A DNA stretch of 64,000 nt from Paramecium tetraurelia (lineage: Eukaryota). The stretch covers positions 62,001 through 126,000 of the forward strand of contig CT868652.1 of assembly GCA_000165425.1 (NCBI GenBank). The letters are read 5' to 3'. The notes under the pieces were generated by a model. That model was not told the origin of the DNA and did no database searches. It saw nothing but the letters and a program-made list of their open reading frames with translations. Of this stretch, positions 53,159 through 64,000 are shown piece by piece; position 1 is the stretch's first letter; the number at the start of each line of letters is the position of its first letter. Made by a program: the position numbers and the translations under genes.

Positions 53159-54383
53159 TCACTTCAACTGTATTAAAGAATCAAGGGTTTTGTACTTTAT
53201 TGTATCTTCAGCTCTTTTGGAACTTCTGCTTCTCTACTGATATTCATTGTGATCTAAGTATGATATTTAGAATATAATTACCCTTTGGTCTTTGAATCAC
53301 ACTGCTATTTTAGGAACTATTTTTTGAGACCGAATAAACTTTTTCAATTCTCTTTCTTTCTTGCTGAGAGATACTTAACATGATGTCATTGATTGATGAT
53401 AAGGAATTATGTTTGGTTCTCATTATCTACCCATAGATCTTATTAAAATCTCGTTATTAAAGCGATTTGATCATATCTGACTTTTTTTATTTGTTAGCAT
53501 TTCCTAAAATACTATAATAATTGTTTTTTTATGGTTGTTGAGTTGGTAATACTATGTCACTCGTCTCCAATGATTCTTTCATTACATGATTACCAGTTAA
53601 TTTATGTTCTGAATGCGAATTGGATTATCTTGGCTCTTAAAATAACTTCTAATTTCCACATTTATTTGAGGATTGATTGGCTTATTTATAAATTAAATTT
53701 TAGAGGTATTCTCTTTGATTAACTTCGATCTATTTTCTTTTGCTTTCCTTTTCAAATTAAAAAATGGTTTATTTTAGTTAAACAAGTTCTTATTATAGAG
53801 ATTGCTCTTTCTCGTGTAATTCTTGATTTTCTCTCTTCAATTTCTATTCATTATTATTTAATATCTAATACACTTATGTTATTTTTAGTTGTTTCTAACA
53901 ATTCTTGACGTATTTCTTCGCTTTCATCCAATTTAGTTTATATTGATTCAGCATATAGTTTCAATTATTATTCAATCTAGTCATCAATAAATGAAATACA
54001 CTTATATGCTTTCTGATTTCTTGTTCATACTTGATTAAAGTCTATTCTAATTTTTCATATTCATCATCATCTCTTGAAAATCTGGTTTACGTAGGATCAT
54101 TGAATTTTTCTAATTTTCTATTGATAGCATGAATCTATTTTACTTACTAAATCTTCTTCTCAATTTTCAGCATCATTTTTGTGAATATGACCTTAATTAT
54201 CCCAACCAAATGTGATAAACTTTCATAATCTTTCAGTTCTGATTCAATTTAATTTAACTCTTCTTTCGTTTCTATATGCTTTTCTACTTAAATCAAGATT
54301 CTCTCAAGCAGGTCTTTCAAATTGTTTTCCAATTCTCTGTCAGTCGTCGTAAAACTATTAATACTTGTTGTTGTTTGATCCAT
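53159..54383 (-). CDS. Hypothetical coiled-coil protein
   Basis: MDQTTTSINSFTTTDRELENNLKDLLERILIQVEKH..; E/K/Q-rich with several tiny introns; 3' end approximate. Confidence 0.6.
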
Positions 54384-54899
54384 TTAATTAATATATATAT
54401 TTATTTTCACAAGTCCCAAACTCGTTACTCGATAACAATACGCCTTATTGAATCTTAGTATTATAATTCTGAACTTGAAACTTGTGTTCTTGATTTTGCA
54501 CTTTACATTTGAGTCACTCAAAATTATAGGATTGAAAGAATATTACTAGAGTTTGAATGAAAGTGTGTATAAAATTAATAACAACTCTTAAATGTTTATA
54601 TATTATATATTTATATAATTTTCCTATAAAGATACTTAAGAACAAAGTCTTTAAATGATATGAATCCCTAATTTAAATATGATAGATATATTCACTATTA
54701 CAAAGATATCTTATGGGTTGTCTTTTGATAATTGCTCTCTTACGAAAAGGATTGTTTAGTTATGTATTTTTTAGAGGAGAGTGTTTTGAAATTTTAAAAA
54801 TTTTCTATGACATTACTAATCTGTTGGGCTAAATCTACGAATGAAACAATAAGCATAGGAAATGCTTCCTAAAAGTCTTAGTCATCTTTCAGTTCAGTT

Positions 54900-55900
54900 A
54901 ATATAATGGTTGATATTTTTTACATAATTTATGTAAATGTTATGGCGAATTTCTCATCATTATGTATTAAATAATAATCGCTCTCCTCGACCCTTTTGAT
55001 TATTTACTATTCTCTCATAATTCTTTTGATACTATTCTAAATAAGAATATTTATATTGGATCTCTAAATAATACAATTGTTCAATTATTCCCTTGTATGT
55101 TGAGGTAGATGATCCAAATTCCCAACTAAACCTAAAAAATCTGTGAATTTTTTGTATAATATTAGAAGATCCTTTACTGATTATCCAGTTTCACTTCTCT
55201 GTTCAGGAGGCCTCGATGATGATTAACTTTAAGGAATGGATTTCACTTCCAAATATGGTTAATCAACTATATTTAATTCCTATTATTGTAGTTTCTATTT
55301 TTTGGCTTATGGTTTTGTTCCAGAGCATGCTCCACCCATATTTGAAGACTAAAGGTAATAACTTAATTAAAATACTAAAAATTTATAAAACTAAATTCAT
55401 CTTGTTCTTTTTCTATTGAATCAATATTTTGGAATCTATTGTCCAATAATAAAATATTACATAAACAATTTTATTATTCAAATTGATTTTTTTTCAAAAC
55501 ACTTCCTCCTCCTCTCCAGCAATTTCGAACCCTACCCTTCCCTCTCCATAAGATTTATTCAAGTTATTGTATAACTAAATATTTTCAATATCGATCAAGC
55601 ATAATTTGTATTGTTTGTAAATCTACGACTTGCTGGATATTTATAAAATTTCCTATAAACCATTGAAAATCTTATTTGTAAAACCCTATTTCTTAACAAA
55701 GTGGATAACTACCGCTTAAAATCAATTGACTGAACATTACAGGTTGAATTGAATTGCATCTCATAAGATTTTAATTTTTTATTACAAACTAAACTTATTT
55801 ATCACCTAATTTTATTAAATTTTATTGAGAGTTCATGATGTATTTTTTCATATGCTTACTCCTAATAAATGAGGTTATCACTAGAGTAGTAATCTAAATG
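54900..55900 (-). pseudogene. Possible decayed protein-kinase gene
   Basis: The minus strand near 55130-55230 reads HHRGLLNREVKLDN followed by TDF, a degenerate HRD(L/V)KLDN...DFG. No intact frame; limits approximate. Confidence 0.35.
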
Positions 55901-56173
55901 ACTCTGAAAATATCAACTTCTAATAGAATTCAAATTGTGCATCAGTTTAGCGAAAAGAATTCTCCAATATTAACATATTTTAAATAGTAGTTTTAAATAT
56001 AATCATTAATTAAAATAAATAAGAAATTTTATATTGAATATCAAAATAAAAAGAAAGTATATGTATTACATTCTACCATTAATAAAGTAATTACGAAGTA
56101 TTTCTGATGATAATTGTCTTGATTTATTAAATCATTTATTTTAGATAGACATAAATTATATTTGATAAAAAAA

Positions 56174-56689
56174 ATGAATAAAAATTTGAGTCTTTCATTT
56201 TCAAAATCATCTACTAAACCTTCTTCACTAGATTTAGACTCACCCTCAGATCAAGAAAATTCTCCAATATTATCATTTCTTGAAAAATAAAAAAAGAGAG
56301 CAGTATCATATATCGGATTTAGAGTAGTGACAATTCAAGTTAAAGCAAATCATGCATATTATATGGTAATGAATATTTGCCATAAATTTTAGATAGAAGT
56401 AAATGAATATGGAACAAAGTGGATAATGATGACCCGTTTTAGTGTTCTATAAACATTCTATAAAGGGTTAAGTAGACTCTTTGAGGTGAAATGCACTCTT
56501 TCTTCGCATTTTGAATTCAATCAATTAAGTCCTAGAAACCTGAAAAAAAGAGCAATAAAAATTCAAACGTTTTTGAATTAAATTGGGAAGTAAAAATTAA
56601 TCTAATATCATATAGCAATTTCAAAATTCTAAATTCTAAGTATTGCTAACAATTTTTAAATGAGTAAAAGTGTTTGGGATAAGTATTGA
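56174..56689 (+). CDS. PX-like domain protein
   Basis: HAYYM|IEVNEYGTKWIMMTRFSVLQTFYKGL..LKKRAIKIQTFLNQI fits the PX pattern Y.I.V..W...RFS.L..F...L..R...I..FL; one tiny intron. Confidence 0.6.
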
Positions 56690-56938
56690 TTGATTACACA
56701 AAAGAACAGAATCTCGTTTTAGAAGCTTGAATACTTTATTATTAATATCAGACCTGTCTTAATTATGCATTCTAAATGTTTAATTTTCTTTAATTCATTA
56801 TTTTCTTTCTCAGAAAAAGATACACAATATCAATAATATTTTAGCCTAACATTTAGACATGCACTTAATTGGTTGAGATCTGATCTGCATTTAATTCAAA
56901 GAAATTGTAATTAATTAATTCTGTTAATAATTTCAAAT

Positions 56939-59168
56939 ATGTTTTACAGCAGATCAAACCCAAAGTTATCAGATTGTTAGAATAAACTAAATACATCATC
57001 GTATTCAAGTAAATCACGTGGATCTTTTAAGGAAATTTCACCTGAAACTAGAAGTAAAGCCTCATCAAATATCATAGATATTACTCCTAGCAATCCAAAT
57101 AGACCATTAACTGCTCGAAATGAGTATACAAATCCATCAAAGGTGAAGCAGTTACTAAATAACTTGATACAGGGTGAATAAAGCAAGACCTCTACGCAAT
57201 TATTTGGATAAAGCTTATTTCAAAAAAAATAAGTTGATAGCAGATCAAGCAGAGGTGATAGCTTATGTAAATTAAAATTGATTTTCATAGTGTCTAGTAG
57301 AATAAGTAATTTTGGAAAACAGAATGTAAAGTCACCTTAAAATAATGAAACTTTTCTAAAGTCAGCCTTCATAATCCCTGATACTAGTCGAGATTAAGAC
57401 AAGAAACCATATCAAAACTTATACTATTAATCTAATAAACAACATGATAATAATACATCCTAGTAAAAATCTAACAAAAACTCAAAATTGCTGACAATCT
57501 CTTAAATTGCTCAACAGTGTAAAAAAAACAGTATTACTCCAACAAGATAAAATACTATTAACAATGAAAATGTCAATAACTAAAATAATATCAATTACAA
57601 AACTAATAGCAATTAAAAAAATAAATAATAATAAACTTTCATTGCTTAAGTATGCAGTAATAAAAAAAAGTAATTTGATTTATTAATCCTAGTCCAACAA
57701 CTTATATGGAAACTTTTAATATCTTAAAATAGAAACTTGATAATAACAACATATAATCAAATTAGACATCAGGAAAAAAATAAAATGAAAAATCAATTAA
57801 TGTTTCCCCTCTCAAATCTCCAAAATCCAAAATTGAAAACACAAAATACATACCTAACTAAACGATTGATGATGCTACTTAGTAAAATATATATAAATCG
57901 CTTTTGCAAAAGGAATAGATATGGAATGATATAATCATTTTGATAGATAATCCTAATCAAATGACTTTGGCTACAAAGTGCACTTAGTTGTAAAAGTTAA
58001 TCAGAATGATCAGTGAAAAACATCATGTATAAATTATGATTATGTTCTAAGAGTGAATATTTATTTAGAATAGAACCTCAAATACTTGAGATATTTTTGT
58101 TTGAATCCTTTGCCTGTTATCTATTAGTTAGCGATTACTTACAGGATCAAACTAATGAAGATCAGAACATCAAGAATTTGATTTAGTATATAATCAATAG
58201 CAATCTCTATGTGCTGTAAGTATTGGAGAATGTGACAAACAATTCATTAAATTTGAATTTATTAAAACAGAGAATCGACTTAAGAACCTTCAATATTCGT
58301 AAGGTTTGTCCTAAAGGGAAACAGGCTTTACAAAAGAACAATTTTATCATTAAGTCAATTTTGGGATTGATGTACTTTATCTAATCAATATAAAAGTCCA
58401 AAAGGATTGACGAAATAACACGCCCCGAAATTTTTATGATTTTGTCCAGAATAACCTCCACTCCAGACTAATACATACTGCAATTGAAAAAAATAAATTC
58501 TCAGATCGAACAAATTATGCCACTTGATTTAGAACGGGCTTTGGCTGCTTCAAATAAAGACTACACTTTGGTTCTAGACCTAGATGAGACATTAGTTCAT
58601 TATCAAGAAGTAAACCAATACACTATTAAAAAGTTTCCAAAAGGAGGAGGACAGTTTCTGGTGAGGCCTTTTGCAGAGGAATTTTTAGATTCATTATCAA
58701 AATACTATGAGATATTTATATTTACTGCTGCTCTTCCAGATTATGCCAATTTCATAATTGATATTATTGATAAAAAGGGAGTGGTTAAATAGAGATTATA
58801 CAGAGATAAAACTATCTTTAAGGATTAAGTTTATATTAAGGTATTTAATAATATTATTATTTTAAGGATCTCTCAATTCTAAATCGAAGTCTAGCCAAGG
58901 TTATAATTGTTGATAATATGCCAGAAAACTTTTAGTTACAACCTGAGAATGGAATTTACATTTAAAGTTGGTTTGGGGATACAAAGGACAAGGCATTAAA
59001 AGATTTGTAACCTTTGTTAGAATGTATTACTTTAATCAAATATGCTTAGAAATAGCCATTAAAAAATGCAAGGATGTAAGAGTGGCATTGAATTAGTTTA
59101 GAGAACAAATGATTGAGAGAGTTTAAATGGGAATTAAAAATCCATATTAATATCTTTAATTAAATTGA
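56939..59168 (+). CDS. NIF/SCP-like (CTD small phosphatase, HAD family) protein
   Basis: [78 protein letters not shown]; long low-complexity N-terminus. Confidence 0.93.
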
Positions 59169-59408
59169 ATAATAATAAAGAACAATTTTGTTATTAATAT
59201 CATCATTATAATCCATATTCTAAGCAATCTATTGTTGCAATTACTTCTTGACTTATTTTCTAAGAAAAATAAAACAATATACAGCTATCATGGGAATTAC
59301 TTATATTCATTCTGCAAAATTAAATTTAGTATCAAATTATTAGTTTAAATATCAAATCAAAAGGAATATTGAATATATATAATTTAATTATAAACTATTT
59401 TAATTAAT

Positions 59409-60536
59409 ATGGATTTTAAGACATGGATTGAACAAAAGGCAACTAAAACATTTATTATTATCATTGTAATACAAATGACCTATTTGGCTAGTATATTCAT
59501 AGCAGATGTTATTCTGAGTATATAACAACAAACTAATTTAGATCTAAATTACTCAGGCAATGACAACAATAATCCTTAAGATGAGTGTGATTGGAGTTTG
59601 GATGATTATTATAAATGGGCAGTGCTATTTTTATTTCAAATTGGGGATTGCTACTATGTATTTAATGCTGTAATCAATAAGTTTATTATAAGATTTACAA
59701 ATCAAATGTTTTGGAATTATTTGCATACATCATTATTTCGTTTATAACATTTTTGTGCACTTTTGCAAGGTTTTTTAAACCTACTTCATATTTCAAGAGC
59801 TCTAACACAGATGAAGGAGATAAAGTATTAGCAGCTTTTGATTATGTTTACTTATTTTATTCATTTTGTGTCTTCGTTTTAAGCGCAGTCTGTTATAAAC
59901 CATTTTATGATGTGTTTGTTTACAGAAATATTATGAAGGTGGGGGCATCTCCTAAAATATAAGGTATAATTTATTTATAGACTTTAGATATGTTTAGAAA
60001 TTATTCAAATTTCAGTATATTTATGCAATTATATCTTTTGATATCATTTAGCACATTTTTAACATTCTTCTTCTTTTTTGATAGATTATATTGGTACCTA
60101 TATTTAATTGATTCTTTTGTAATTCTATTTTAAATAGCAAGCATTTTTATTGGATATTGGGCTGTAAGTATTATTTTGATTATTCTAGTTAAAGGAAGAA
60201 AATATAAAGAAATTCTGGATGTATATTTCCATGATATTGTTGGTCTAACTTTATATACTTACAAAAACTTCTTATTATATGATATACTATTATAACTAAA
60301 AAAACTCCAAATTGATTGATGATTGTACCTTGTAAGATACTCCCTATGGAGATTCATACACTGTAGTAATAGTTATTGGAACTACAATTGCATGTTTAGT
60401 AATTATGATTTTCGATGGCTATTATGCATATTAATGTAAACTGGGATTTGGAAATGGGTTGAAAGAAGCATTAAAGAGTTAAATATCAGAAACAGGATAG
60501 GAGCTTGGAGAAAGTAGTTTTAGTACTTAAAAATGA
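59409..60536 (+). CDS. Multi-pass membrane protein, unknown function
   Basis: MDFKTWIEQKATKTFIIIIVIQMTYLASIFIADVIL.. with many hydrophobic segments and tiny introns; TGA 60534-60536. Confidence 0.7.
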
Positions 60537-61751
60537 AAATAAGTTATTTGTATTCTTATTAATTATTAAGTATTCTCATTGAAAGAATATTTAGGCTAAA
60601 ACTTACTATTTGCATTTAAAATTCATGTCCAAACCATAATACTAATTAATCTTGTGGGTGTAATTGAATTTATGCTTCTAAAATAATGTAACATTTTCAA
60701 ATTTAGAATATAAATGTATTTAATTGAAAATTAACATTAATAATTGATACGTTATTTTTTTTCAATTGTTTTATGTTAAGTTAACTTCAATGAATGTATT
60801 AGTTAAGTTGAGTTATGAGGTATATTAAATTAATATTAATATTAATAATTAAAAAATGTAAACTGTTTTTAAAATATATATATGATCAGGCTAAAGTGTA
60901 AATTTTATAAATATTTTGTATTAATTTTTAATATTATCCAAAGCAAATAATTGTTAACTCTTAGAAGTTTCAAATTATTTAATTAAAGTTCATTAAAAAT
61001 ACTTTGAAAGTTTCGATTATAAAAGAGTAAAATAATTTTATTTTTATAAAAAGGTTACTTATTACAATATGCCAGATTATAACAAAACTCATTAAAACAC
61101 AAATATAAACCTTACTATAATGAAGGTTTAAACTAAATATATTAAAAATTTAATCAATATTGTCTCATTTTTATCAATTAGTTCTAATTCATAATCTATA
61201 ATTAAATAACGTTATTTAAGTAGTAATCATACTTAATGAAATTTAACAAACAGATGAATTTATAATCTTAATTATTAAATAAAAATGAGATTAATTTTAA
61301 GTAGCTTAAAGCAATTGTTTCATAATTTACTGTTTCTTAAGTTATTCTAATTATTTCGAGATTACAAATAGATAGATCGTCCCATCCCTATTTATATGTC
61401 ATGCAAAAGTGTTATATGAAGCTTTCAAAATTTGTTTGAGTTTCATTAATATTGAATAGAATTAATAGAAACAATATCGCCATTAGTATAATTTATGTAT
61501 TTAGAAGAATGATTAATTGTTTAGATTTGTTTTGTTATTTTGGTAAAGTTGATGCTGAATTTTGGCAATTTATAGATGATAAAATAGATGAGAGAAGTAG
61601 ACTCATACAAGCAAATTCAAGCTATAACATAATTGTCAAGATGAAAAGATTAATTCAATAATAATACTTTAATTTATTTTAGCATTTAGAAAGGCTAAAT
61701 ACTTTTATTAAAAATAATAAAAAGAGAATAGATAGTCATATAAATGAGTTC

Positions 61752-62558
61752 TCAAAAATTTTCAAACCACAAATAATCAATAAATATGCAACACATAATG
61801 AGCAATGCTTTGTCTTTTTCACTAGCACTATCTGGAAATTTGATACCATCTACGAGGGAAATTACATAATAATCAATTACATTAATCAGCCTTGGAGCAA
61901 AGTTCATTTGACCATCCGTAGAATAGATGCTCGATTTGACCATTAGTGTAGTTTTCGCTAATTAATTATTCTTCGGCAGGTCTCTTATCAATGATGGAGT
62001 ATTTTATGGAATTGCAAGATTGGAAGGGCAAAAAGCATAGCAATCCCTTTTATTTCAAATTTGCAGTTATCTCATAAATAAGGTATTCATTGCTATCATA
62101 AATGAATAATTAATGAAACATGCCCTTCATGAAAGTGCAGCATTATTCTTATACAATTTTACCTGCATACTCGCCATCATATTTAACCTTCATTTCATTT
62201 TTTTGAATAAAAGGAATGGCAAATTTTCTTTCTGCTTGAATTGGAATATTGTTGTAAAAGTCCCTGGATGTAATGGTTAAGGGTCTCAAACTGGGGCAAC
62301 AGATTGTTCTCATCAATTTGTGGTTTTCTTCTTCTTCGATATCCATGATTTTCTGAGTGAAATGAAAAGTATAAATACCATTCCCAATTATGAAAATGCC
62401 TCATTTGATTGAAAGAGCTTGAAATTATTGGGAAGTTCACAAGGAAAGAGAGGAATGCCAATATTTGATGGGATGGGAAGAGTACAAACGCAGTATTCGA
62501 GTGGATCATTCTCTTGTTGCAAAAGAGCACATTTAACATATTTGAGTCCTTCTGTCAT
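61752..62558 (-). CDS. Phospholipid scramblase family protein
   Basis: EGLKYVKCALLQQENDPLE..CELPNNFKL..EEEENHKLMRTICCPSLRPLTI..IKFPDSASEKDKALLIMCCIFIDYLWFE; one 26-nt intron identified. Confidence 0.8.
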
Positions 62559-62656
62559 TGTTAATATTATATTTATATGTATTCACATAGAAATTCAATA
62601 AAGCAATAATTTGATACAATCTCTGATAATATTTAATTTAGGTCCATAATTCATTA

Positions 62657-63497
62657 ATGTTCGCTAATCTTCCTGGAAAAGTAGCATTGATCACTGGTTC
62701 AACAAGTGGCATTGGTTTGTCCGTTGCAAAGAAATTGGCATCTTAAGGTGTGCATATCGGACTCAATGGATTTGCAAAGCCAGAGGAGGTCGCAGCCATT
62801 AGGAAAGAAATAGAGGGCTAATACAAAGTAAAGACATTCTATCACGGAGCAGATTTGAAGGAAGGACCATAAGTAGATTTGACAAATATCGATAGGTTAA
62901 AAGCATGGTGTAGGAAACAAGCAAGGCTTTAGGAAGTGTTGATATCTTAGTCAACAATGCTGGAATTCAATACATAGAGACAGCAGTAAACTTCCCAGAA
63001 TAGAAATTCAATGACATTATAGCAATAAATCTCACTGCTGCATTTCTTACAACCAAATATTCATTGCCATAAATGCTTGATAAAAATTGGGGTCGTATCA
63101 TCAATATCGCAAGTGTTCATGGTATTGAAGTCATTCTCATATGATAGGATTGGTCGCTTCTGTGAATAAGTGTGCATATGTGGCTGCAAAACACGGTATT
63201 GTTGGATTAACAAAGGCAACAGCTCTTGAAGTTGCAAAGACAGGAGTCACTATCAATGCAGTTTGTCCTGGATGGGTAATGACCAAGTTGATAGAGACAC
63301 AAATCTAATAAAGGGCTGATTAATATAAGATATCATTTGAAGAAGCTTAAATAAAATTATTAGAAGAGAAGTAACCCTCTGTCACTCCAGTGCATACTGA
63401 TTAGTTGGGAGATTTGATTACATTCTTGTGTTCTGATTCAGCTTCTTAAATCAAAGGATCTGCATACACCATGGACGGTGGATGGACAGCATAATGA
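62657..63497 (+). CDS. bdhA: D-3-hydroxybutyrate dehydrogenase (bacterial BdhA-type SDR)
   Basis: GKVALITGSTSGIG, LNGF, DILVNNAGIQY, WGRIINIASVH|GLVASVNKCAYVAAKHGIVGLTK, NAVCPGWVMT, EKQPS, MDGGWTAQ-TGA; two tiny introns. Confidence 0.92.
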
Positions 63498-63528
63498 TCT
63501 ATAAAATAATTATATAAAAGTTAATCAA

Positions 63529-64000
63529 TCATCTTTTTTTCTATGCAATTTGGATTATATTTTGGTTCAAATATCTTTTGGGAGATATTAATAATAATGA
63601 TGTTTAACAAGTCCCTATTGAATCCACTTACATTTTCAATAATAATCTTCCTAAAATCCAAATGATTGACAATCCCAGCACTCCAACACTCAGGATAAAT
63701 ATCATCAAAGTTTCCTTGTAGATTGACAAAGACTTATCGAATTATTCCTGGGCAGTTGTGACAACTTTATCGTATGCTTCAACTAAGATGTCACTTCCAT
63801 AATCAATGTAAATGGTGTGTTCTAAACCATCGAAGAAGTCACTCAGATGCTCTTGAGTGCTATTCCCATAATTATTGTAAAAGAACTAAGGATAAGATTC
63901 AATAATTTTGTTAATTTGAGTGATCAAATATTTCATCCCATGATGGTAGTATTGAATGATGTTAGGATTATGAAGATAAGTCTATGTTTCATTGCACAGG
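63529..64000 (-). CDS. 3' end of a large membrane protein (possibly PAS/TmcB-like family)
   Basis: Open code-6 frame ..YYHHGMKYLITQI..TLMIFILSVGVLGLSIIWILG..SLLLISPKRYLNQ..KKR-TGA, with a final TM followed by an LLLIxP-type tail. Confidence 0.55.

Noticed and set aside
60560..61740. Very AT-rich gap as a retained IES or transposon remnant; ORF 61452-61661
   Set aside because: No inverted TAYAG-type ends, terminal repeats or transposase motifs were identified, and TA dinucleotides are too common here to be informative.

Overview
This is eukaryotic, very AT-rich, gene-dense DNA, almost certainly from a Paramecium macronuclear chromosome. Conserved genes open only under the ciliate code (TAA/TAG = Gln, TGA the sole stop) and are split by tiny GT..AG introns of about 21-31 nt. 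The supplied standard-code ORF track therefore shows only fragments or antisense shadows. Re-reading both strands by hand gives about 36 protein genes: a cation channel, a 4x Kazal-like surface protein, WNK, AGC and GSK3 kinases, two 3R-Myb factors flanking Vps34, a YCII protein, a trichocyst matrix protein, a ZnT/CDF transporter, a mitotic cyclin, an EGF-repeat protein, thiamine pyrophosphokinase, RPL27A, glycerol kinase, a 3xPH protein, a CCT-motif microprotein, RCC1, HSF, a triple H-type lectin, PX, a NIF phosphatase, a scramblase, a bacterial-type 3-hydroxybutyrate dehydrogenase and several hypotheticals. There are also four probable decayed pseudogenes and a candidate box C/D snoRNA. The most striking item is a Kelch-propeller + MORC (GHKL/S5) fusion at 18232-20876 (-). 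It has the domain combination of the apicomplexan chromatin-silencing MORCs, but its catalytic ATPase residues appear lost. All gene models were translated by eye, so exon boundaries in non-conserved parts are approximate.
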